From assembly GCF_006345805.1 (NCBI RefSeq), contig NW_021836130.1:1-64000 (forward strand): DNA of 64,000 bases, in the 5' to 3' direction. Both the position numbers and the translations under genes were made by a program. The notes below the pieces were generated by a model that saw nothing but the letters and a program-made list of their open reading frames with translations, was not told where the DNA came from and ran no database searches. Shown here piece by piece: positions 52,976 to 64,000 of the stretch. Numbering within the stretch: position 1 is the first letter of the stretch; every line of letters begins with the position of its first letter. This DNA is from Octopus sinensis (Eukaryota).

Positions 52976-53423
52976 ATGTTGTGTGCACGGAATTTATTAT
53001 CTAACAATTTAATAATTTCCCTCAATACAATAGCACAAAAATCAAAAATTAAATATCCATTCATCAAAGATAATGAAATTGAAATTAAAAAAATAAAAAG
53101 TTCTGGTCCTGGAGGACAGAACGTAAACCGACGGAACACCTGCTGTTTTATAAAGCACAAGGACACCGGAATCACAACCAAGGTTTATTTTTATACCAAA
53201 AAACTCGTTTTAGTGTCAAATATCGAGAAGTGCTTCTTTGAATTTAAAACAGGCCAAATATTTGTTGGCTGAAAAGTTGGATAATTTAAAAAATGGCCCT
53301 CAAAGTCTCAAAAATATCGAATATCTTGAAAAAATTGAATTTAAAAGACTTAAGAAAGAGCGTAGTCATGAGAGAAGAACGCTTTTAAAGTCATACAAGA
53401 CACTTATTGACAACCCAAGCTGA
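52976..53423 (+). CDS. MTRFR: Mitochondrial translation release factor in rescue (C12orf65)
   Basis: SGPGGQNVN GGQ motif, HKDTGI-K-CQISRS after a 31-nt intron, and a basic C-terminal helix. Confidence 0.85.
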
Positions 53424-53424
53424 A

Positions 53425-53569
53425 TGACGTCACTAGAATGTTCTAGAACTTTTCATAAGTGGTTAACCAAACAATTATTTGTTTATTAAATAATGAATAA
53501 GTAAAACCATAAAAATACTTAGTCCAATGGGAACCCAGGTTTAATGACGTCACTGGAATGTTCTAGAAC
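53425..53569. promoter_or_regulatory. Two copies (120-bp period) of TGACGTCA adjacent to a perfect heat-shock element GAAtgTTCtaGAA
   Basis: 53425-53449 and 53545-53569, with a CCAAT between them. Confidence 0.5.
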
Positions 53570-53699
53570 CACCAGTGAATGTTGAAAAAATTTATTAAAG
53601 TTAAAAGTAATTTTGTGGTTAAATATAAACAAAAACATTGAAATTAAGCTGATTTTTTTAGCGTGGTTTATGATTCTATTTATGGTTTCAAGAATCTTC

Positions 53700-54235
53700 G
53701 TTTACTAAATTAATTGGCTCAAATAATGAAATAAAGGCCAATTTGTCATATAATTTTGGGAAACAATTCCTTCTCTACTTATGCACCACAAAGAGTCTGT
53801 ATGCTTAGAAAATTGTTGCTCACATTAATATTTTAAATTAAAATAACGAAATTCACATCCAAAGCTTTAATGGTTTAATCCAAGATAAATCGAGATTAGA
53901 AGCATCTGTAAATTCTAATTTGTATCAAATAGTCTCAATAATTATTGCAAAAAAGTTGCACATAATTTTGGGGAAAAGTTAATTAAACCGGCGGCTAATT
54001 ACTTCTTATTTTTAGGTGTCAGATGGCGAAAGAAGTCCCCATTTTGAGTAAAACTGCATTGGAATTAATACTTGCAATCCCAACTACTTATCCCTGTGAA
54101 GTGTCCTGTCTGACTTTTCTAAAAACAAAATATAGAAATAGACCACGGGATGATATGTGAGTAGTTTTGTCGACCATAGAGCCTGACATAAGTAAAATTA
54201 TTCACAACAAACAAGATCAGAAATCTCACTGAACT
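53700..54235 (+). mobile_element. Decayed hAT (Buster/Charlie) transposase C-terminus
   Basis: PILSKTALELILAIPTTYPCE...KTKYRNR...LSTIEPDI...KQDQKSH*. Confidence 0.7.
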
Positions 54236-54348
54236 ATTTTGATAATTTTCATGTTATTTTTATATAATAAATATTCGAACATGTCTAAACCTGCCCCTGA
54301 CGAGCCTAACCAAACAATTATTTGTTTATTAAAAAATGAATAAAAGGA

Positions 54349-55361
54349 TTAATTTATAAATTCCAATCCCTCATACTTCGAATCAGCAAATTTAGTCTCT
54401 TGGTGCAAAATATTTCCCACCAAGTCAAAAATAAGAAAATACGAAGCCAAAACTCCCGCCATTTCCTCAGTCTTGACAGCCATAATAACCCTGTCCTCAG
54501 AATCCGGCAAAAAACGGAAAGCAGAGAAGCCCCTCGTGCGACACAAATCCCCCACAATCACCACATCAACCCTCTCAAAGTCCTCATCCGCAATCAACAA
54601 ATAATTCCCGCCATTCGATGCTTCTCCCCCCTGCAAATACCCCTCCATACTCACAGCACGTGGCAGAAAAAACCAGTGATTGTGCACTTTACTCCACACA
54701 ACTGCCTCATGAATCACAAACCCAGGATGTTCAATCAAAAGGCGCGAACTCAAAGCCAAATATTTTTCCCGCCAATCGACGTGGTGCACTTGTCCATTTT
54801 TATTAACAATTTTAATCCACATTGGGAACGAATTTAAAATTGTCCCTGTCGAGTCAGTGAAGACCTTTCCGTACCCACCGACGTAGAGGAGCCCGTTTTT
54901 GACAGTGGACCACTCCCCCTTGAAGGCTGTGGATAAGCCATAGGGGACTTACGGGCAGGGGAAGACCCGTCTCCGTCAGTCAGTTTGACCCAGACAGCCA
55001 CAGTGCTATTTTCGGGGAAGATTTGGTAGATAATTCCTGTTTTGTCGTCGATGGCCAGGAGTTTTCCGTGGAAGGTGATCAGGTCGGAAAGTTCCATTCC
55101 ACGGTTTCTGTGGAGGATTTTTGAACATAGTTTTTGTGGGGAATTTTTAAAGTTGATTGAAAAAAGTTGGGATTTTGTATCCCAGATTAATATTCCTTCG
55201 AGGAATTCGCTGCATGCAGACTGGCCTGGAAGGATTTGGATGTCTCTGTCAGAAACCATGGCTAGTTTTATACGAATTCGACGTTTGTAGGGGATATTGG
55301 TCCATAGTTTGTATAATATTAAAGAAATAAGTACTATAAAGAGCATCAATAGGTTCCTCAT
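54349..55361 (-). CDS. CANT1: Calcium-activated nucleotidase / apyrase
   Basis: RGMELSDL, DDKTGIIY, WVKLTDGDG, IHEAVVWS, WFFLPR, RGFSAFRFLP, VKTEE, KYEGLEFI. Confidence 0.93.
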
Positions 55362-57039
55362 TTGATGGTACACAAGAACATTATTTTTAAATTATTTATT
55401 TAATAAATATATATTTTGTTAAAAATAATAATTTAAAATTATTAAGAAATATTGAAACATGAAAATATTTTAAATTTTAAAATTATGACGGCCATGGGTG
55501 GATTCCACCAGACTGTTGGCTTGGAGATAAATTAGAATTTATTTTGAGCCATAAATAATATGAAAAGTCTTATTTGTCATTTCAAACACAAGTGAAGATC
55601 CACAAGAATATATTTAATTTTGAAAACATAGGTTTGCCACATTAATAAGTAAAAACCAGCGATCCATTCAAAACAAATATTACTAATATTATCAAAAAAC
55701 AACGTATAGCAATAACAAACAATAAATTTTTAAAAAAACGTCGACAACCGGTATAGGCAAAAAAGTCAATTACAGGTGATGAGATTGTATACTTCATGCA
55801 TAAAAATCATCTTTTAAACTTCTTTATTAGACAAAGAAATAACAATTTGAATAACAGAAAGAATATTTGAGAATTCATGACTAAAAATACAACGTTGGTA
55901 CAGAAGGTCGTTTCGTGTGTTGGCACGTGTAGGAATATAACTCTTTTCTGTTTGTCACTACGGAATGTGCTAAAATAATAATAATCATATCGGATAGAAC
56001 AAATACAACATGGTCATGTCTATTTAAAATAATTTTATGTTTTTTTCGGTTTTATTCCACAATTGATAAATTCATAATCAAAATAACAACGTCAGGAAGT
56101 AAGCGGCCAAGCTCGATTTGCGAGCGCATTTTATGTTTATTGTATAATTCGAGAAGTGAAGGATAGCTAATAGTTCCCACAGAATCACCACTGATCCTCA
56201 AGAACAGTCATGACGTCTTTTTCTTTCCGAGTGTAGGTAGTCAATCAAGGATATTTGTTTTCTTGGCAAACACAAACAAAGTGAATTTATCTCACTATTT
56301 TATTTAGATAAAAGGCAGTTGAGTGTGAGTAGGCAAAGTGGGAGATAGAATATAAAGAGAGAAGCGTAAACAACATTGATATGATTATATTGGGCTAAAT
56401 TGAAAATTCCAGACTATCCATTAGAATACAGGGACACGCACCAATCAGTTTCTCATTCAGAAAATAATCAAATGAGACATAGAGTTAGCCACGATAATCT
56501 TAGGTGATTTTAGAATTTGATCGAAAGGCAAAGTATAGAAAAAAACTTCAAGAGTTGGGGATTCCGAGAACAACTTTGGGTTGGCGGTAAGCACACAGAA
56601 AGAACGGGAGACCGGCGAACCCAATTTCAGAGGGATCTAGTAAAAAAGGTAAAAATATCATCCGAAAAAGACTTAAATTATTACTTTCTGAAGAAAATAA
56701 ATTATAAATTATAATTTTACTTTAAATTATTATTAGAAATGTTAAAACAGAAATTATTTAAATTTAGTTATATCATAATCTATTTAAATAACTGTAAATA
56801 TAATGGCAAACCAAATATGTTATAATATTATATTTTGTACTATTGTTACTATCGACATCGTTAATAAAGTAATTAGTTATTCCAATTTTAAATGGCATAT
56901 ATTTTGAGCATCATTTTTCACCTTTTGAAAATGATGAACAGAAATTAATTATTTTGATATAATCATTGTTTCTCTTAAACCACAAATATTTGAATTTACT
57001 GGGGCTCCCATTGTACTTTAGAAATAATTAATAACCAAA

Positions 57040-60000
57040 ATGGAAACCAAAAATGAAAATCCCCAAAACAAAACGAACCTTCATCTCGACAGTCTTATCG
57101 AAGAATATTCAAAATTGTGCAAATCTCATGCAGCAGAACGAGACACGTGGATGCAAGAACTTTCAAAATTATCTGAGGAAAGTTCTAGAAAACAGTAAAA
57201 ATTAAATCAGTGTTTATTTTAGGCAAGAACTGAATGAATTAGAACTGAAATGTACTTGTTTGAATATGCTGGAAGAATCACTAGAAAAAACAAAACAAGA
57301 ATTGTCCCAAAGAGATTTCGCGTTTAGAGACCAACGAGAAAAATTTTTGAGTCTACAAAAAGTATTTTAATAAAAAAATACAAGAATTTTACAATTGGAA
57401 ATGAAGATACGGTTGCCTTTCTACAGGAAGAAAACACAATTTTACTTCAAGAACAAACAAACATGAAATCACAACTCGAAAACAAGGACCGAGAAATAAA
57501 TTCACTTCGCATACAAGTTGAGACTGTTTTTTAATCAACAAACATGATAGATTGCTAAAAACGAACAAAAAATCAAAGAATTAGAAGCTTTAAATCAGAA
57601 ATATATCCACGATTACGAATTTATGTATTCCACATCTAAAAACTATTCCAACGCTCTCGAGAACTTGCAGGACTCAAAAATTGCTCTTTACACTACGCTC
57701 TCTCCACTGTTTGCAACTGCAGACGACAATCGTCTGGAGACCTCCGAAAACTTGGTTAGACAACAAAAATCTGATTCGGACGTAAAAATAAACATTGATA
57801 ACCGTTTGATTGATTATAAAACAACTTTATTTAGACACGAGTTTATCTGAGGATGAGAACTTGGAAAATCAAAAAATAGAAGAAATCGATTTTCCAATCA
57901 AGTTTAAACATGGACTTAAAAAATCGATTTTAGAGATTTCGAGAAATTTGAACAACCTGAACATGAGATGTCCTATCAGTCCGAACCTGTATTTTACATA
58001 GCTCTTAAAATCTTTAGTGCACTGCAGAAGGTGTTCCTGGAATTGTTATTGAATGTGAGTTGGACAGTTTGGGTGAACTTGGTCCTGAAAATATAGGAGA
58101 GACTTTCGAAAACTTGAAACCAGAAGTTTGAATCGTCAAATGTTATGATTTTCAGAATTCTGGAATCAGAAAGGCTAAAAAAGTGACATTTGATTCAGAA
58201 TCTACGGACGACGAGACTGTCCGACTCGAGGCGGTCATCCGGGGCAAGGATATGGTCAATGACGCTTTAAAAACACAAATTCGAGAATTGGAAAAAAAAT
58301 TATCAAAATATCCCGAAAGACAAACAGAAATACAAAATGTAATATTGTTGTATTAAAAAATAGAATTTCGACAATTTTTCGGACCAAGTTATGACTGAAG
58401 AAATACAAACCGCAAATAAACCAGAAAAAGACTATTTCAACGTTGAAAATGAAATCAATGAAGAAATCATTCTTCAAGTCCAACAACCAAGAAATTATTT
58501 CTTCTGAAGAACATCAAGAATTGGTAGATGACCTGTCTAATCGACTTTACTTAACTCAAATGGAACTCCAAGTATGTCTAGATATATAATTGGTAGAATT
58601 TGAAAGACGACTATGCCGACGCTTTGTATATGATTTCTGATTTGAATGCTCAAACTGAAATCTCAGAGTCTAATTGGCAGGCAAGAATGACAGATTTGAA
58701 GGAAAATATGCTTTTTTATGAACAGGAGATTAATGTAAAATAAAAACTAATATTTTTAGAATCTGAAGGATTGTATTCAAAAAAATAATGATATATATAA
58801 TGACAAAATTAACGAAAAAGAACAAGAAAATCAAGTAAAATTATACTTGTGTGATTATTAAGAATATTCTTGAACAATGTTCAATCCTTAAAAGAGAATT
58901 AAACGAATTGATAAAAAGAAACAAATTTGAGAACGAGGAGATTGCGAATGAAAAGGACTCCCAGATTAGAGTAGACAAATTGAATCAAATTTAGGAATTG
59001 CAAACCGCTTTTTCCAGCGCAAAAGAAATCACAGAAAAATTGGAAATAGAAAAAAATGAAAATCAAGTAAAATAACAAAGCTTATTTTATTAGAAACTAA
59101 AGTATCATATTGACGCAATCATGACAAATTACAACAACGTCAAAATTCTAAACGAATCTCTTAGTTGTGAAGTAATGAACTTGAAACAAGAACTCAACAA
59201 CAAAACTGAAAAACTTGAAGTACTTCATTTTTTACTATTTTTTAAGGAATTACAAAAATTGGAAAATTCTGATATGAGAACAAATAAAGAGGAGTTGAAT
59301 TTGAGTATTCGTAGGTTTATTGGATTTTAGACTGCCAGGAATTTAACGGACAGTTGGACGGGCTAATCGTGTCTCAGAGGGAAATGAAGAACGAGTTAGT
59401 TGACTTAAAAAACAAATTAAAGTTCAAAAATGAAGAAATATATGTATTTTTTGCATAGAAACTGAATTTTAGGATTTATGTCAAATGTCAGGATTTTTAG
59501 ACAGCGAATCTGAAAAACTTGCCAAATCAAGGAGCCTTCTTCAGGAAGAAATAATCAAAGTTCAAAATGAAATCGAAAACAGCCAAACTCGATTTGAAAT
59601 AACCAGAAAAGATTTTACAAGCGCAGGAGAAAACAAATACAACTTTGAAAACGAACCATCTCTCCAAGCAAATTTTGTAAACGAAACACCCTGTAAAGAA
59701 GCGATTCGCAATCAGGACTATTTGGTGAGTTTTTTGGGAGGTTGAGATGTTAGAACGTCTCAAATGAGCTGAACTTGGCTAAAAACGAATTGAAAATATT
59801 GAAGGGAGAGGTTGATTCACAAGAATTAAAATGTGGCAAATATGAGATTATTTTGAAAGAAAAAGAAGCAAAAATAATCGTTTTTTATTTAATAATAGTT
59901 TTAAAGGCTTTGGAAAATGAAATATCTCGTATGGGCGAAAAACTAAAAGCCGAGACAAAACTCAAAGTACTGGAATCGGAAAAATTAAATCGTAAAAGTA

Positions 60001-61260
60001 ATCAAAATGAAGTAGAAGTTTTTATTTTTATTATTTAAGGATTTGCAAAAATACTTGAAAGTACTCATGAAAGATTCTGATAACCTAAAAATGTCTTTGG
60101 AATCTAAAAATTATGAGATCAAAAATTTGGAATCAGAATTGGAAGAGAAAAACAAGAAAATGAAAGTAATTTTAGTTATTTTTATTTAAAGGAGTTTGAC
60201 ACCCTCAAAGCCTCTAATTACATGTTGGAGGAAGAAAAGTGTCGCCTTCAAACCAGTAAAAATAAAAATTTATTTTATTAAGCTTGCGATAACTTTAGCA
60301 GTCAACTGGATGGACTCATATCTTCCCACAAAACAATGAAATTAGAGTTGATTAGCTTAAAAAATGAACTCAACACAAAAAACGAGGAAATATATGTACA
60401 AAACGCTATAAAAATGTTTTAGAATTTATGCCAAATGTCAGGACTTTTGAATGACGAATCCGACAAGTTGACCACCTCAAAGGATCTCCTCAAGGACGAA
60501 CTTGTTAAAGTCAGACAGGAAATTGAACTTAGCCGATTCCGTGGAAATAAAGAAATTCCAGAAGAAATAAACACGGATTTGACATTTGATCAAAATTTGG
60601 GTAGTTTTTTTTGTTTATCTTATGTTAGAAAATAATTGGTCAGCTTCAAAACCGCCCTTCCAAGCAATGTGGCTAAAGGACGAGAGCAGTGCTGTAATCA
60701 AGTATTTGGATGTTATATCTAAGTTGGAAGGGGACAACGAGGTTTGTTTTTAAGTTAGCTTGTTGTAGAAATTGAGATTTGATATTGAAAATGCGACTAA
60801 TCAACATAAGGCATCTAGTTTTGTTGATTTGTTGTAGAAAAATGTTGATAATTTGAATAATCAAGTGCAAGATCTACAAAATATTGTGAAAAATAAAGAA
60901 AAGGAGGTCGAATTATTATCGAAACGTCAAAAAGAAACAGAATCGAGTGAAATGATTAGCATGAAGGGAGACGACCAGTCCATAATCGACAAGATTCTGA
61001 ATCAGTCGACAGAATTTTTGAAGGGAAGTAAAAGGGTTTGGGCAGGGATTTGATTTTTTAGGAATCATTGGCAGGAAGCATTGGAATTTCACTTAATGAA
61101 GTTTTAATTTATCATATATAATTTTAGGGCAGTTTAAATAAAAAATTAAATATCTCTTTGGATAAGCCAATTATCATGGCTAGCTTAAATGATGGTAAAC
61201 CTAAATCAAATGTGGCGGGAAAACAAAAAACTGGAAGCAACTTTGCTTATTCTACGAGGT
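57040..61260 (+). CDS. Long coiled-coil protein with many tiny introns, family unknown; 3' end approximate
   Basis: Consecutive E/K/L/N-rich exons separated by ~25-35 nt gt..ag introns, with an internal repeated module. Confidence 0.7.
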
Positions 61261-61789
61261 ATGTCTTTTTTATGTTTACTGATCAGTTTTTAAGAGAATT
61301 TACTAATTTAATTTCAGTTTGTTTGGCTAATACAAAAATTTTGTAATAATATTGAATTCAGAATTTATATTTTATTTAGACAGATATTTAATAAATATAA
61401 TAAATTAAATAAGACGCGTGATATTGGTGATCTTTCTGGTACATCGTTGAGTTAAAATTCCAGATTCCCTCCAATAATTTTTTTTCCATTTGAAACAAAA
61501 TAATTTACGTGACCCGGATTTGAATCAGATGCATTGTCTTTACATAATTTCTCATTATATTCAGATAAACATGTGTTTGTAAATGTACTATTTGATAAAA
61601 TGTTAAATCGCATTGACTCGAATAGAACCTAAACTGTTATTATTCAATTATACCTCATTCCTTATTTCAAAATCATATTTTTGTGTACTCTCATTTTTTA
61701 TTTATTCTTTTAAAATAAGATGAATTCATGCCTATTATTATAACACATTCCGTAGGAACATAAACAAAGTTATAATCCCACACGTGTCA

Positions 61790-62360
61790 CAAGCGAAACA
61801 ATCTTCTGGACCATCCTCGTCCATGCTTCTCTGTTGCGGACGAGATCCCGCAAAGATTATAGGTCGCCCCAAACTCGGCTCCCTACTTGGAGATAGTGAA
61901 GACATTTCTCGCAGAAAGATGCTACCACGGCTCTGAGCAGAATACGTAAAAAATGGCCCTCAGATCAAAGCTTTATAATGCATTCGTAAAGACTGTTCTA
62001 CTATACAACTCGTCAACATGGGGGATCTCGGAGACTGAACTGAAGACTATAGGCTCTTTTCACCGTAAACAACTACGTCTCTTACACGGAATATACTGGC
62101 CATCAAAAATTAACAATCTATCTCTGTATAAACATTACGATGCTACCCCGTTGTCTCAAGAAATTGTTGGAGGCCGGTGGAAATTATTTGGCCATATTTT
62201 GCGAATGGACCCCAGAGCTCCGGCCAATCGGGCAATGAACGATTATTTCTCCGAAAATGGAGACAAATATCGTGGAAGACCTAGATCCACTCTTCCGGCA
62301 ATTCTGGAAAGGGATCTCAAACTTCATGGCAAAAGTTTCAAAAACTGGGACGACCTGGAA
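61790..62360 (+). mobile_element. RTE-type LINE 3' fragment
   Basis: KLGSLLGDSEDISRRK, LYNAFVKTVLLYNSSTW, RWKLFGHILR, YRGRPRST. Confidence 0.88.
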
Positions 62361-62479
62361 TTCATGCCTAGGGGAGTAAAATCAGAAATTTTATTATTCG
62401 TTTCTAAAAATAAATACATCATTTTACTTTCAAGTTCATCTTCTACAAACGAGACCTCATATTTTAATCTAAATTATAA

Positions 62480-62715
62480 ATGAGCTTATAACTTGTATTT
62501 CATGAATCACACTGTTAATTCCAGAAATAATCCCAAACTTTTTGAAAAGGGTCTCATTGATCGCCGAGTAATGTGTCGTATTATAGGAAAAAGTAACTTT
62601 GTCTAAAAATTGTTGCCAATTTTTAGTTCTTTTTTTATCCAATAGTTTTGGCATAGCTCGTGTCAATGTTTGATTAAAGCGTTCAATTAAACCCTGATTT
62701 ATTTCAAATTTTATA
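62480..62715 (-). mobile_element. LTR-retrotransposon integrase fragment
   Basis: GLIERFNQTL...W...L..VTFSYNTTHYSAINET. Confidence 0.75.
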
Positions 62716-62724
62716 AAATTGTGA

Positions 62725-63300
62725 CTGAGCATGAAACCTGAGTGTGCGTGTCGTAGGCTACAGGTTGCTGTGGATGGACTTGTAAACTGGTGTGGGAGTA
62801 GGGGTCTAAAGATGCGTGCGGACAAGTGCAGTGTTCTCAAAGTCTGTAAAAGGACGAGGGGTTACACTAATTACGCCCCTAGGTTATTGCTGAACGGGTC
62901 AGCAATTGCTCAGTTGATCGGATGACTTATTTGGGCATGCTCTTTAAGCCGTCCGGTAAGTTTGATGATCACATTGCACGTACGAAAATGCGTGCAATGC
63001 AGCGATTAGGCGCGTTGCGTGCTTTCCGGCTGCGGAGAGGTGCTTAGCTACGTGTGTTTAACGCCATAGTGTTACCCGTGTTGACCTATGGCGTACATGC
63101 CTGGCACTTCTGATTGTTTACGTTCTTCTGCGAGGACCGGGAGAAGTACGTTGACGCGCTCAAGAAAGTCAGAAGACGAGCCATCCGGCTAGCCCATGGC
63201 TTAGGATGGCGAGTAGAGCTCTCGGACACCCAGGAATTGTCCCTCAAAGGCTTCCCTAGGGTCTTAGAAAAGATAATGTCTGGGTGGCAGGTAAGGCGAT
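62725..63300 (+). mobile_element. Decayed LINE RT C-terminal fragment
   Basis: LQVAVDGLVNWC...KCSVL, YLGMLF, FNAIVLPVLTYG. Confidence 0.7.
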
Positions 63301-64000
63301 AAGTCTTAGTGCCGAAGATAGCATTTTTTTCAACCAAGTCATTCAAAGAGCTATTACTCGATTTTTTGTAAGGACCATCTCCTTGTTTGTAAGAAACACA
63401 GGATAGTCTTTGTAAGGAACGCAGTGACAGTTTTGTTTTTGTCAGAAAATTACTGTTTTCCCAAGCCTTCTCTTTTTCAAAACGAAAGATCAGAGATTTG
63501 TCAGATTGTTTACGTTCTCACCGATCTGAAATTCAAAATCTTGAACGGTCAAAAATTTTAAAAACTAAATATTATTGATTTGAAGTTTGAAAAATAAACA
63601 TAGGATTCAATTGTTTCAGCACACTTTCCATGTCAATTTAATTTTTTGGTGTAAAAAATGAGGCTTTTCCTTTTTATGCCCCGCAACCACTGAAGGTCGA
63701 TTTGTTATCGAGTAGTCGCATTTATATGCTTTTTGTTGTTTTTGTTGTGATAGGCACGTTTGATTTTATGAATTTCTATCCATATGGCCATACGGCCACT
63801 TATTATTTACTATTAAATTACAAGTAAAGTGCTAATCACTGACAGTTTTAGTCTGCTACAATATTTTAATTTATTCGTCAATCTTTAGTTAATTCTTGCA
63901 AATGAGCTGTTTTATTTCCAATTCAGATTTTTCGTATTTATTAAACAAATTTATAATAATATTTACAAAATCGGTATTGTTCTTTTTTTTAGTTTTAATT

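Overview
AT-rich, very compact eukaryotic (metazoan) DNA. Housekeeping and animal-specific genes are packed 60-200 bp apart and split by 22-31 nt GT-AG introns. This fits a dicyemid-type mesozoan parasite best, but the organism is an inference and is not proven from the sequence. Layout: a decayed hAT remnant (1-670); an 82-bp satellite (761-5044) interrupted by a 1.5-kb poly(A)-tailed chimera made of a partitivirus-capsid-like ORF joined to the 3' end of a CRE-clade retrotransposon; a gene cluster of ABCF3, TMED9-like, AP2S1, PAXX-like and RPS27A; a ~12-kb direct duplication (12986-24944 / 25539-37404) carrying an R4-like retroelement, NFS1, an SLC34 transporter, an unknown gene, an nAChR alpha subunit, a myosin regulatory light chain and a 55-aa basic protein; then an EGR-like gene, IFT57, a DOK-like gene, PIN4, a nested CRE cluster, UBE2V, THG1L, MTRFR, CANT1, a long coiled-coil gene and further TE debris. 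The strongest signals are (1) the virus-retrotransposon chimera in the satellite, flanked by a 29-33 bp duplication, (2) a gene-by-gene C-rich to G-rich skew flip on the + strand that is independent of gene orientation, (3) start codons split by an intron (AT|G), and (4) a divergent ubiquitin-like leader on RPS27A. Many single-base frameshifts fall in homopolymers and are probably consensus errors. Family assignments come from motif recognition by eye; no searches were run.
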